A stretch of 64,000 nt of DNA, from positions 1,054,001 through 1,118,000 of the forward strand of contig MU056000.1 of the NCBI GenBank assembly GCA_013239625.1. Reading direction: 5' to 3'. Under the pieces are notes generated by a model. It saw only the letters and a program-made list of their open reading frames with translations, made no database searches and was not told the origin of the DNA. The DNA is from Lama guanicoe (lineage: Eukaryota). A program made the translations under genes and the position numbers. Below are positions 22,225-34,385 of this stretch, one piece after another. Each line of letters starts with the position of its first letter. The stretch's first letter is position 1.

Positions 22225-25200
22225 CGACCTGGACGCGAGGCTGAAGGGCCCTCTGGCGGCCTGCCCTTCCCTCCTTTGCTGGTTCTTTGCGTTCCTCTAG
22301 CCTGAGTTTCTGACAAAGCTTCCTGGCACAATAGCTTTCTCTTACAAACACAGTTGTTTTTACAGCGCTCAGAGATGTTTTCCATAAACGCCTCATCGGA
22401 AAAGCATTCTGCAGTAGTGCCTGCCAGCAAGCTGGCGGAGAAGGAGTCAGACTCTCGCCCACTTTCCACGGTTTAATCCACCACCGCATTTCTGAGACTT
22501 CAGGAGGCCCAGCCAATAACAGGAATGCGAGCACACGGCTGAAAAGACCCTCGTGACGGCACACCCTCAGCAGCAGCGCACCAGAGCCGAGCTCAGCCCG
22601 GGGCCCCAGCCACCGCCCGCCCCCTGGGGCCAGACTCACACAATCCCACAGGGCGCTGTTCACACTCACTTAAGATGCAGCTTCCTTCCGGAAGAGAAGT
22701 AGGTGCTCAGAAAAAAGGTCTGAATGCAGGAGCGGATTGGGGCATTCACGGCCACTCTCCCCCAGGCAGTACGCCTCCAGCAGCCACCCCAGCTGCCTGG
22801 CCTCTTCCCTCGTGGGAACCCCCAGCTGGGGCAGCCCCGCCTTCCCCCACAGGCCCCTGGAAAGGGTGACCGGACCTCAGCTCCAAGGACCCATCCTGAC
22901 TGGGTCTTACCCCCGCCCTGTGAGTGACCCAGCGTTGCACTAGCTATTTATCGCCCTGACAAATCGCCCCAAGATGTTGCATCTTTCACTGTCTCAGGGT
23001 GTCTGCGGGCTGCGGGCCTGGATGCAGCGCAGAGGGGCCTCAGGGTCTCATCTGAAGGCTCGACTGGGGAGGGACCCACATTTTCTGCCAGGATGCATCC
23101 CCTTGAGCAATTCTGGATGGGGGGTCTCTGTGCCTGGCATCCCCACCCTCACCTGGTGGGCCTGGTCGGGTGGCTCTCAATCTGAGCACGTGAGAGGAGG
23201 GAGAGTGTGGGCAGAATGGGAGTCACAGGAGTGTGTCAGGTAACCCCAGCCCACACTCAAGGGGCATGCACGAAACCGGAGGCAGGGCCATCGGGAGCCT
23301 CTTCAGAAGCTGCCAGCCACCAGCATGAGCCTGAGACACAGGGCTGGCCCCTGAGAGGCAAGGGGGGTCAGCTCAGGGTTCAGGGTAAGATTCCTTTGTG
23401 ATGAAAGAAAGAGAGGGCCTCTTTTTTGCTGGTCAAGGTGTATGTGGAAGTGACCTCTGGAACAAGCCGATATTACTGCTGGCCCAAGGACGAAGCCAAT
23501 GCAGGGGTGGGGAGGGGGCGCAGGCAGGCAGGTGAGTGGGTCTTGGGCTGCCTGGCCCTCCCGCCCACGAGCCTCGCACCGAGGGCGGCAGGCCTACTGC
23601 GAGTGAGCTAGGCTGAGGCCAGGCTCCCTGATGCGCGCAGCCAGGAGACCCCTGACGTCTCTCTCCTGTGACCACGTTCACACGATTTCTTTCTCAGTGC
23701 TCCACCAGTGGGCTGTCGCATCCCCTTGACCAACTAAACCTCCTGACCTCACGCGGAGAGGAGCTTCTGGTGGCCTTTGGGCGACCACAAAATCCAGTCA
23801 GTCAGGAATCGGTTAAACTAATTTCAATGACAACTAAACGGTAAAACTTACGTTTGGTTCTAAGAGTCCACTTTGCTTCTGGGTTTAGTTGATTGCCTTC
23901 TGGTAACCAGCTCTGCAGGTTGGTGGGGAGAGCAGGGTGGGTGAAGTCGACAGAGAGCGGTTTGTGTAAGACGGTCAGCCCCCAGGAACCTTGACCGTGG
24001 CCTAAGACTGAGCAGCACCTGAGGACGAGGAAGGCATTTGGGAGTGAGCCAGACGTGGAAAAGGTGCCAGCATTTCTGTTAGTGGAAAAGAGGCAGAGGC
24101 CAGCTTGCTCTGCCTGGACTCCCGCAGGGAGCCACGGGGCTGGAGGGCAGACCCGGCAGGGACCCCGCCCTGGCCAGAGGATGCCTCTCTGCACACGCTC
24201 CCCCTGACAAGGAGCAGCCGGTGCAGGCGGACGCGGCCCCACCCAGAGCCCCGCTGGCTGCCCGCCCCAGACCCAGCCTCCTGGCCCCTCTCCACGCTTC
24301 TCTTCTCCAAAACGGTACGTGAGCCTGAAAAGTAAGGGTGGACGTTGATCAGTGACCTCGGTCATCCAATTGAACGGAAACACTTTTCAGAAGCTGCGTT
24401 CCCGACTCGAACCCTGATGGCAGCTCTCACTGATGCTCACCGTGTCCCCTGTCCTCTGTGCTCCTGGCCCACCTCTGAGGTGCCTGGACAAGCAACCTGA
24501 TGGCGGTGCCAGCCCCCTCCCGGCTCTGCCCAGGGCCCTCTGTGTGCCGGATGCCAGAGTGAGGGGCCTGTTGGCAGCAGCTGGTCACTTGCTCGTTGTG
24601 AACTTGGGACTGCTGACCCATGGAGCAGGAGCCGGGGGATGAATGCTCTTTCCCCCAGTCCCGAGAGGGTGGCATGCGCCCACGAGTGCTCTTCGGAGGC
24701 CCCGAGCTGGACATGGGCTCAGCCACAGCTCCCCCGGCCTCTCCTTACGCGGGTATTTGCATTTTGCAAAGAAGGTTGTTCTCACTGCTTTGTGATATAA
24801 AGACAGGAGAGGAGCCACCTTCCTCCAGGATAACGTGGCTTGCACCTGACGGGACATGGAGGAGAGCCCGACGCTCAGGTGGGTGAGTCCACCGTCCAGC
24901 AGCCTCAGTATCTATGGTCTTCCTGGAGATACAGCTTTAGAAAGACAAGCCACAAACAAGCATCCTTGTGAGGGAGCCTCTCAAGGCACAAAGGACAGAC
25001 CTGTTGTTCCCGAGGTGCCCCAACGCAGCTGACACCCGAGGACACTCTGGCCAGGTGTGTGATGCTGCCAGGGTCCCAGGGTCAGCGAGGCAGCCCCGTC
25101 CTGTCAGAAGCACCGGAGGCTCTTAGCAGGTCATGTCAACGTGGGGGCAAGGGACACAACAAAGCCAGGGACGAGGGGCCAGGGTGCCACTGGGCAGAGC

Positions 25201-25899
25201 TGTGCTTACCACGTGTGAGTGACGCAACCAGTGCTGGCCGGTATCCAGTCCTCCTCTCCTGCCGGAGTTCCACTCCCACCACCCTGAGGTGGGCAGGGCC
25301 AGCAGCCTGGTTTCAGGTGTGCTCTGTGGCACTGCTGGGTGGGGGTCCCAGTGGTTCCTCGGACTTGGAGGTCACGGGGGCTGCAGGTTGAGGTGGGGGA
25401 AACTTGAGTGTGAGTCAGTTGAATCTCTGAGTAGCACCATGGAGGACAGCTGTCCCCATGAGCTGTGACTATTGACCCCAACCCTTCTGGACTTTGCTTG
25501 AATGACAAGTTCCAAACTGGTTGAGATAAATCCCTAGATTGGGGGATTGATCACTGCAGCAGTCACTCTGCTTTTCATGACAACTGCACCATAGATGATG
25601 CCCTGCCTTGGAACATCAGCATCACTCGGAGACACAGGACGACATGGGGACAGTGTGTAAATGTGTGTGTCCCACAAACCATAGACTCAAATCGCATGTC
25701 AGTTTCTGTCAGTCTACAGATTACTGCATCATGTGTGTTATCTTCTTATTTATGTCTCCTTTATCAACTTCCCCCCCAAGTTTATTCAAGTCTATTTATT
25801 CTGAAGTTAAAGTACTCAAAATTCAAATTACAGATTGTTAATGTACTAGTTCAAAAGAGTTCTGTGTGGTTTTGTTAATAAGACTCATGTATTTGAAAC

Positions 25900-26640
25900 C
25901 ATCCTATAAAAATCGCCAGTAATTTAACATCTGTTGGAACAAAACACAACAGAAGTGGAAATTGCAAATATTGGGTAAATGTAAATACTATTTCCTTTAA
26001 TTTTCTTAAAAATCTATTGAATAAACAAACATAATTCTAAAATATATTATGAGTTTTATAATGCATATGTAAATAAGATACATGATGACAATAACACACA
26101 GGTTTGGATGTGAGGAAACAGTATTATACATGAAGTGATATAATATTATTTCAAGGAAGAATGTGATACGTTAGGGGCACAAAGTGTAATTACTAGAGCA
26201 ACCACTAATAAAATAAGACAAGTAGAGCTACTAAACAGATATGTATTTGATAAAACATGTATGAAAATACAACATGTCACAATCTGTTGATGCAGGTAAA
26301 GCTGTGCCCAGAGGGAAATTCATAGCATTAGATGGATTCATATATATATATATGTATTTAAAGTTGAAAATCAATACTGTTTCCTTCTTAAGAAGTTGAA
26401 AAAGAAAATAAATCAAGAAAATAACAAAATAAGAAAAAAAATCATAAAATATGTCAGTTAACCAATAGAGAAAATAAATAAAGCTGAAAGTTGTTTTTTT
26501 GGGGAAGTTAATAAAATTGATTTGTCCCCAGAGATTTATCAAGAAAAATAGTAGAAGATACAAATTACTGGTATCAGAATCCAAAAAGGGAATATTCCTA
26601 CAGATCCTGCAGATGTTAGAAAGAATAATAAACAGGTTTA
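25900..26640 (+). mobile_element. Ancient L1 (L1M-type) fragment including degenerate ORF2 sequence
   Basis: A-rich island with gatgcaggtaaagctgtgcccagagggaaattcatagcatta and ctacagatcctgcagatgttagaaagaataataa, typical of L1 ORF2. Confidence 0.75.
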
Positions 26641-28079
26641 TGTCCAGCTCTCAGTGTATACACTTCATACTCTTCATGTTCAAACCAAATCACACTTTCA
26701 TTTTCTTTTCACGCTGGTCCTACCCCCAGACCTACTGCTTCATTCTCCTAGTCTGTTTCTCCTATACTCACACACAGATTCACTCACATGCATTTATGCA
26801 CTCTAATATTTAGCAAATATCTAAATAGTGGTTAAGAGTAAGGTGTTAGGCACTATGAACACATAAATGATGATGAGACACAAAGATTCTGGTTTCCTAC
26901 AAACATCTACTTCCTGCCAAGAAGGTGAAGTTGCACAGCTGCTGGCACCATCCTTCAAAATGGACCCTAAAATGCTACAGAATGTGGAGGATCACGTGCC
27001 TTCCAGTGTGGTAGGCTCGGGGAGATCGGGGACCATTTCTTCAGAGTCGTTCTTGTAAAACACACATTGCTAAGAATTTGTCCAAAATGTGCACCACTTC
27101 GGGGAGCTTGTAGCTTGCCATGGACCCCGCTGAGGAGGCTCTGGTTTGGGGCATCTGAGAGCTGCGTGGAGGCCGACTAACCTCGTATCTTGCATGCACA
27201 CAGTGCAACAGTTCGTCTACCCTCGACTGTGGACACTGCCTCAGGCCCTGGAGCTGCAGGGGATGAGGAAGGGCGCTGGACACAGCCTTGGGCCGAGCCG
27301 TCGCTAGCATGCAGCGGACACGGGGCAGGCCTCGGGGCTCCTCTGATGCTGGCAGGGTCAGGCCCACCCCCAGAGCGGCCGTGCCCATCTCGGCGTCCCT
27401 TGTAAGTGCAGGGAGGTGGCCAGTCATTGGAGGGTCCTCCTGCTGGAGGCAGCATGCTTCCCAGTGTTTCCCGCTTGGTGGGAAGACGTGGGCACCCCGT
27501 CCCAGGGCTGCCTGCACTTGGCCTCTTGCTGGCAATCTCTGCTCTGTCCTGGGAAGGCCACGGATCTGCTGCTCGGCTGGAAGAACGCCACCTCCTGACC
27601 CATGGGGAGTGGGCCGGATGCTGGGCTGGGATGCGGGGCGGCAGGACAGCCCACCTGTCTGCAGTCCTTTTGTCCTTCGTCCCCCCTTGGGACCTGAAGC
27701 CGTCGGTGTGTAACCCCTGAGAATCCGGACGAGCAGCGGCACGGATTCGGGATGGAGACCGTCCTCCTCCTGGAAGTGGGTCATGGGGAGAGGGGAGGCT
27801 GGGCCTCCTGAGCGGCGGCAAGTCGGGTACAGGCATCACCGCCTTCCCCCTGTTCCCGGGCCGGCCTCTGAGTGGAGCCCTGGGACAATCCCTGCGGCCC
27901 TGCTCTGCCTGGGCGGCCTTGCCCCGCAGCTCTGCCTGGAAGGCATGTCTCCTTAGGCCAGGTCGGCAGGGCTGATGACCCAAGAGCCGGGCGAGGCACA
28001 CGGGCCCTCTCTGGGCCATGCCCTGTGCGTGCCTGGGGAGCCCCCTGGGGTCCCCAGTGCCGTCTCCAGGCGGGAGGTC

Positions 28080-29340
28080 ATGAGGTAAGAGGGTGAAGCT
28101 GTGAGCAGGAGGAGGTGGTGGGCGGGGCCGGTGGGGGCTCATCCCAGCCCCCCCCCCGCCCCCGCCCCATTCCTCCACCCTCCACGCCCACGGCCACGTC
28201 GGTGCGCGCGCACAGGGCGCCATCTAGACGGGGTCCTCTGCTGAGACGTAAGTAGACCCACGCGTTCAAAGCCGTGGTCAGGGCCCAGCCCAGAGCAGCG
28301 CGCACGGACGCTGTGGGTGAGGGTCCAGCCTGCCGGCCCCCGACGCAAGCTCTGCGGCCTGTGCCGGGTCGGGGAGCCTCTCCGCCGCGAGGAGCACCTC
28401 CCTGGCTCCAGGGCGCTCCTCGGCGCCTGCATACGCCCGGGGCGCGGGGGGGGGGGGGGGACAGNNNNNNNNNNNNNNNNGCTCCAGGGCGCTCCTCGGC
28501 CCCTGGAGACCCCCGGGGCGCGGGGGGGGGGGGCGGACCACCCTGGCCCAGCCCCGGGCGAGGGACCAGTGCTCCCGCCGCCGCGGAGCCGGGGCAGCGC
28601 GCCCACCGTCCCCGCCGACGTCTCCCGCGGAGGTGTCTGCCGCCGGCTTTTTTCATTTTTAAGGATTGCGCGTTTCGGTGCCTGGAGGCGCGTGACTGAA
28701 CTGATAGTTTCCTTCAAGGAAAGGGACTGAGAGTAAACAGCAGATCCGTGGTTTCGAAGCGCACTTGCTTCAGTCCCAGGGCTTCAGTCGCGCCGCGGAT
28801 CGCGCGGGCCGGGCCCGCGCAGCTGGAAGACGGGGCGCCGGCGAATCCCCGGGCCGGCGCGGAGGGCCTTCCGCGGGGGCGCGCGGGCTCGTCCCCCGCT
28901 GCGCTGCTTCCGGGGAGGCTAAAATCGCGGTCTCCCCGCAGTCACCTCAGAACGTGAAGATGATACACACGCAGCAGGGGCCGTTTGCATTAAGTACGCG
29001 CTTATTTCACTAAAAGGAAAAGCAGACAAATTAGGTTTTTCTCTTCAAGTCTCTTTCCCGAGGAAGATTATTTACAGCAGACTTTTTTTTCTATTCCTCT
29101 CCCTTCCATTCCTCCAAAGGCAATAAAAAGCAATTCCGAGAGCACGGCAGAAAAGCAGGTTTTAATCAAGAAAAAACAATCTGTGGGAAACGTGCTGCTC
29201 CAGCTCAGAGAAGCCTCCGCGGCTGGGCCCTCGCGCTGCCCGCCTGCGGCCGGGGCGGGCGGGGGCTGCGAGGCCGCGTCTGTCTGTCTGTCCGGCCGCA
29301 GCGAGCCCTCCTTCACGCGGCATCACGCCTGTGACAGGAC
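28080..29340. promoter_or_regulatory. Orphan CpG island ~22 kb upstream of IRX4
   Basis: Dense CpG with interspersed AT-rich motif blocks (28650-28740, 28980-29190) and no coding signal. Confidence 0.65.
28405..28533. repeat. GC-rich tandem repeat (unit starts gctccagggcgctcctcggc, ends in poly-G), interrupted by a 16-N gap
   Basis: Copies start at 28405 and 28481; Ns at 28465-28480. Confidence 0.75.
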
Positions 29341-30288
29341 TCGGGGACCAGTGCAGGACCCCTCTCGGCCCTGCTCTGTGGCCAGGCTGCTCCCTGTCCC
29401 CGTCTTTGTTCGTGCGTCCAGAGGCCAGCAGAGCTGAGCGGAGGCTGGGCCGGGATCTTCCTGATCAGGCCCAAGGGGGCCTGCCTCCTGGCGGCTGCGC
29501 GGGTCGCAGGTTTGGACCCCCACGCCCCTGTGCTGGGAGGGAGGAAGCCCAGGCTGAGGGGCACCAGATTCGGGGGGTTTTGTTACAGAGCAGCAAGTAA
29601 GGGAATTAGCACCCACGTGGCACACCGTCCCGAAAGCCCTGGAGGGCAGATGGGCGGATATGGCCCGTCCTCACCACGGAGGCGCAGCTGGCTGGTGTGC
29701 GTCTCCTGGGAGTGACCTCCGCACACGCCGGAGTTCCGGCTTCCCGATGCCCAGGCCCTCGGCGCTCAGAGTGACCGTGGTGCCCCTGGCCCTGTTCAGC
29801 CCAGAGGGAGAGGGCGGATGGGAGGGGTCCTGATGTGGGTCTGCGGCCGTGTGGCTGTGCCCTGCTCAGCCCTTGGAAATCCTAGCCCCCCTCCCCCAGC
29901 CTGTCCCAGGGGCTCTGCCCACACCGGAGTCCACCCCGCGCCCCTGCTGCTCACGACTGCCCTCAGACCACTGGACGCCCCAGAGCAGGTGGAGACCCTG
30001 GCCCGCAGTCCTCAATCCAAGTGTGTGCAGGGCCGGAGGGACCGTGTCTGCCCTGCACTGGCCAGGAATGCGAGACACCCCAGCTGTTACCACTGTGCAT
30101 CTCAGACACCACAGACGCACCCCCTCCCCTCCCCATTCCCCTCCTCCCTGGGGGTCTTCATTGTCTTCCGTCCTCCCCTGGTCCTCCTGAGCCCTTCCCC
30201 GACCACCCCAAGAACGTCCTGTCTTCTGGAGAAAACGTGCAGCCTGGGCTGGCTCTACTCGATGCCAGCTTTTGTAAAACAATGTTTT

Positions 30289-30804
30289 TGTTTTTAATTG
30301 AAGTAGAGTTGATTTGCAATACTGTGCTAGTTTCTGGTATGCAGCATGGTGACTCAGTTATATATATATATTCCTTTTCATATTCTTTTTCGTTGTGAGC
30401 TGTTAACAGGTTTTGAGTACAGTTCCCTGTGCTCTACAGTAGGACTTTGTTGTCTATTTTATATACACTAGTTAGTATCTACAAGTCTTGAAATCCCAGT
30501 TTATCCCTTCCCACCCTTTCCCCCATAACCATGAGTTTGTTTTCTGTGTCTAAGTCTCTCTCTATTTTGTAAATAAGCTCATTTGTGTCCTTTTTTCGGA
30601 TTTCACATGCAAGTGGTGATATATGGTATTTTTCTTTCTCTTTCTGGATTATGTCACTTAGAATGACGATCTCCAGGTCTATCCATGTTGCCGCAAATGG
30701 TGTTATTTTATTCTTTTTCATGGCTGAGTAGTATTCCCTTGCACACATACACCACGTCTTCTTTATCCAGTCAGCTGTCAAGGGACACTTAGGTTGCTTC
30801 CCAG
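30289..30804 (-). mobile_element. 5'-truncated L1 (ORF2 C-terminus plus 3' UTR)
   Basis: ORF 30479..30868(-) contains KQPKCPLTADWIKKTW...YYSAMKKNKITPFAATWIDLEIVILS, the L1 ORF2p C-terminus. TSD aacaatg(t/c)ttt at 30278-30288 and 30805-30815. Confidence 0.92.
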
Positions 30805-31849
30805 AACAATGCTTTGGATAAGTTATAAAGCTGATTGTGGGAAATTTGGAAAACAGAGGAAAGAGCACAGAAACAGTAAAAGCTAACTCAGCATCACACC
30901 ACCCAGAGAGGACTCGAGAGGAGGACCCTAGGTCTCTGACGCTTTAATTCCATTTCGGTGACTGGGATAAAACTCAAGGTAACACACATTTCCACAGACA
31001 CTCCTTCGCGTGGACGCCCCGTCTTCCTCGAGTCAGTCAGGTCAGCGAGCTTTCCTGTCATGGACTGGAGAGTAAACATTCTGGTCTTTGGGAGCCCCGG
31101 GGTCTTGGCCCTGGGGACTGTGCTCTGCATGGCAGTGACAGCCGCCCGGCCACACCGAGCCAATGGGCGTGGCCATGGTTATGGACTCCAGCCGCCACTC
31201 AGGTGTGTTCAATAGAAAGGCACCTTGTAAAGGGACTTTTCCTGTCCTTCCCCAAATTCTGTCTGTGTGTGCACATCAAGAAAGCAGCGGAACGCCACCT
31301 GCCCTCCTGCCACCTTGTCCCTCGGGACCTGTTCCCAGTTAGGGATACGTGACCTTTTCGAAGCTCTCTGCGCAGCCAGGCGCCGGGTCAGGCAGAGTTA
31401 ATGCGCTGCCTGCCAGATCTTCATCTCGGGAAGGGGAATCAGTTTAAAGCTGATTACTTTTCATGAGAAAAATAATGAGCCATGGAAACAAGCCCAGCGG
31501 GCATCTGTGTTGGGGGGAGGGCATCCCACGGCCACTCAGGGCAGCGGCTCAGGAGGGCGCACCAGGCACGGAGGCCGGGGGTGCAGAGGAGACCCAGCAC
31601 TGTGCTGCGAGTCCACAGAGGGGGTTCTCTTGCCCCGCAGCCCTGGCTGTGGAGAGTCTGCCCCCCTGGAGGGGCGTGACCCCTGGCAGGGGCTGCCCAT
31701 CTAGCCCCTGTCTCTGGGGTGCAGACAGGGCAAACTTGGAACTTCCAGGTGGGGAGCGAGGAGGCTGCGTTGAGCAGCACTGGGGGACTAGAGCCTGGTA
31801 GCAGGGGGTCCTGAACATACCCCAAGCAGGGGGACATGAGAAGGGAGTG

Positions 31850-32220
31850 CTGGTGTCCTATGGCCATAACCAACACCGCAGACAAGAGGAACTTATCCTC
31901 TCCCAGCCCTGGAACCAGGGGTCCGAGATCCAGGTGTGGTCGGATCGCCCTCCCTCCTTCCTGCCTCTTCCAGCGTCTGAGGTCAGACGCCCCTGGGCTC
32001 ATGATGGCACCCCTGCAGTTTCTGCCTGTGTCTTCATGTGGCTTCTCCTTGTGTCTCTGTTGCTGGATTTGGGGCCCACCCGGGTAATCCTGGATGAGCT
32101 CTTCCTCTCAAAGTCCTTAGATTACATCTGCAAAGTCTCTTTCCCCAAACAAGGCCCTGTTCCCATGTCTGGGGATGCAGATGTGGGTCTGTCTTTGGGG
32201 TCCTCCATGCAACCCACTGT
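31850..32220 (-). mobile_element. MaLR LTR (MLT1C/D/E-like)
   Basis: ggatttggggcccacccgggtaatcctggatga...ccttagattacatctgcaaagtctctttccccaaac and gtccgagatccaggtgtgg. Confidence 0.75.
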
Positions 32221-32699
32221 TGCACCCACTTGCCCAGTGCAGGCCCAGGGAGCTGCCTCCTGAGCACAGGAGCAAGTGGCCGGATGGAACAGAGGATCTT
32301 TAGGTGTGATTCCGCCTCCTGAGAGCCCCCAGGGCAGTCCCCTCCAGCACCCGTGTCTCACCTGCCAGCGGGAAACTGCCGCTCTTGTCCAGCCCAGTGA
32401 CTGCTCTAGGGAGCGGGATCAGATTGGGTCCCTTGGCCTAAGAGCAGAATTAGGATGATGGGTGGGGACCGTGAAAGGTGTTTGCTGATCAGGATCCAGA
32501 GAAACTTTTTAATGAAGGTGACCTAAAATCGGGACAGGCTACGATAGAAGGTCATGAATTCTAGCTTGTCACTCCTCACCTGGCTCCCCTGGACACCATG
32601 TTTGTTGATGAAATAGATTCATACGTGGAGTGTTCAGAAGGAATGTTAGATGTCCACTGAGCAAAAACGCAAAGAGGATATCTGCAAAGTTCTATTTAT

Positions 32700-33030
32700 G
32701 AGGAGCTGAGCTGAGTGGCTAACAAAAGACACTGGTAGCTGAAATAAAACAGAACATGATTTCTCCCGCATCCAAGGGGACTGCAGGTGGGCATTGCATG
32801 GCTGTTATGGGGGCTCCAACCTCCTCAGGTAGCGTGGCTCCTGCTGCCCTTCTGCCTACCTCATTTGGCTTCTATCCTAAGTTTGCCTCATAGTCCTAAG
32901 GTGGCTACTGATGCTTCAGCCATCATACCTGCATTGCAGGCAAGAGGCAGAAAAAGAGTGAGAAAGGCTAGGAGGGCCTTTCCTGAAAGCCCTACCCAAC
33001 AATGACCTCCTTCATCTGATTGGCCACTTT
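32700..33030. mobile_element. Old MLT1J/K-like LTR remnant
   Basis: aaggtggctactgatgcttcagccatcatacctgcattgcaggcaagagg and tctgattggcca. Confidence 0.45.
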
Positions 33031-33819
33031 CCTAGGTGAGGGTGCTGATTCCAGACTGTGAGGGAATTTCATTCATCTGCAGCAAAATGATACAAATAAG
33101 AAAAAAAATGAGTGAATATTTCTTCAAAGTAATTTAATTTTTATTCTTCCAACATTTTTGGCATTAAAATATACATTGGAAACGGTGGCGAAGGAGATTG
33201 TACTTATTTTGTTTGATGCCGTGGCTTTTCCAAATAGTTTTATTATTTCAAACAACAATACAGTTTAAAAATCAAACAATATTACAGTTGCCCCAGATCG
33301 CACCCTCATCATCTCGTTTTGTTCCCCAGAAGCACCTCTCTCTTCTATCACCTATTCTTCAACTCTTTGTCTCTATACTTTTAAACAATATAGTTATCTT
33401 ACTATTGATTTCTCGTTTTTAGACCGTATCTATTGACTTCCTCTTGGTAGTTACAGCTTAACTCTCTTGTGCCCTAAACTGTATCTCTTTTCTAGCATGA
33501 CTTTCCCTGTCTTCCCAGCGTGCTTTTCTCACTAGTTTTTATAAAATCATTTTTATTTACTGCAGAGCCAAGTTACACACTGTGATTGTTTTCCTTTGTT
33601 ATATAACTTTACATTTTTCCTGGAGTTAATGTTTGCCTGATCGTTTTCACTGCTTGCTTTTCTAGGAATCTAGTGCAGTGCTTCCCTAATGCTCTCACTG
33701 ACCAGTTGAACATCTACTGATAATGTTTCAAATGTCCAAACACATCAAACAGTGTGACAGCTCCTTGGTCCCTGCTCTCACCCCCACTGCCTCCCTCGTT
33801 TCCTAGCTGCACAATTCCT

Positions 33820-34080
33820 CCTCTTCTAAGCATTTTACATAAATGGAATAATTCAACATATGCTCTTATGGATCTGATTTTTTTCAGCATAATGTTTTAA
33901 AATTTTTAGCATTTTTTTAGGTTCATCCATGAGGAACATGAATCAGGAGTTTGCTCCTTCTCATTGGGGGTGAATCCCATCATGTAGGTGCACCACATTT
34001 TGTCTACAAATTTGCTACTGGATGGGCATGTGGTTTGTTTCCAGCTTTTGTCTGTTACAACCAATGCTGCATCGCACTAT
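33820..34080 (-). mobile_element. Ancient L1 (L1ME-like) 3' fragment
   Basis: ataaatggaataattcaacatatg...cagcataatgttt...ggttcatccatg...gatgggcatgtggtttgtttccagctttt. Confidence 0.7.
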
Positions 34081-34247
34081 GTATCTATTAGGCTACTAAT
34101 AATAGACATTCACACACCTGTTTTCATGTGTGTCCTAGTAGGGTTCAAGGAGTTTGCCGAAACCTTGAAATTTATAAAAAGAAGGTGAGCCCTTGCAGGA
34201 GGGCCTGTGGGGCCTCTCGACGTGTCTCCTAACACTCTTATTATTTT

Positions 34248-34385
34248 ATTTTGTGGAGGGGAGGTAATTAGGTGTATGTATGTCTGTATGCATACATGCA
34301 TGTGTTTAGTGGAGGTACTGGGGATGGGGCCCAGGACCTCGTGCATGCTAAGCACACGCTCTACCTCTGAGCTATCCCTTCCCCC
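34248..34385 (-). mobile_element. tRNA-Ala-derived SINE (Vic-1-like)
   Basis: Reverse complement GGGGGAAGGGATAGCTCAGAGGTAGAGCGTGTGCTTAGCATGCACGAGGTCCTGGG...CCCCAGTACCTCCA...ACCTAATTACCTCCCC; approximate TSD tctta(t/g)tatttt. Confidence 0.9.

Noticed and set aside
27041-28223. 247-aa and 348-aa minus-strand ORFs
   Set aside because: Low-complexity GC-driven composition with no domain or exon structure.
30479-30868. ORF resembling a reverse-transcriptase protein C-terminus
   Set aside because: Truncated L1 ORF2 remnant with TSDs; not an intact gene.
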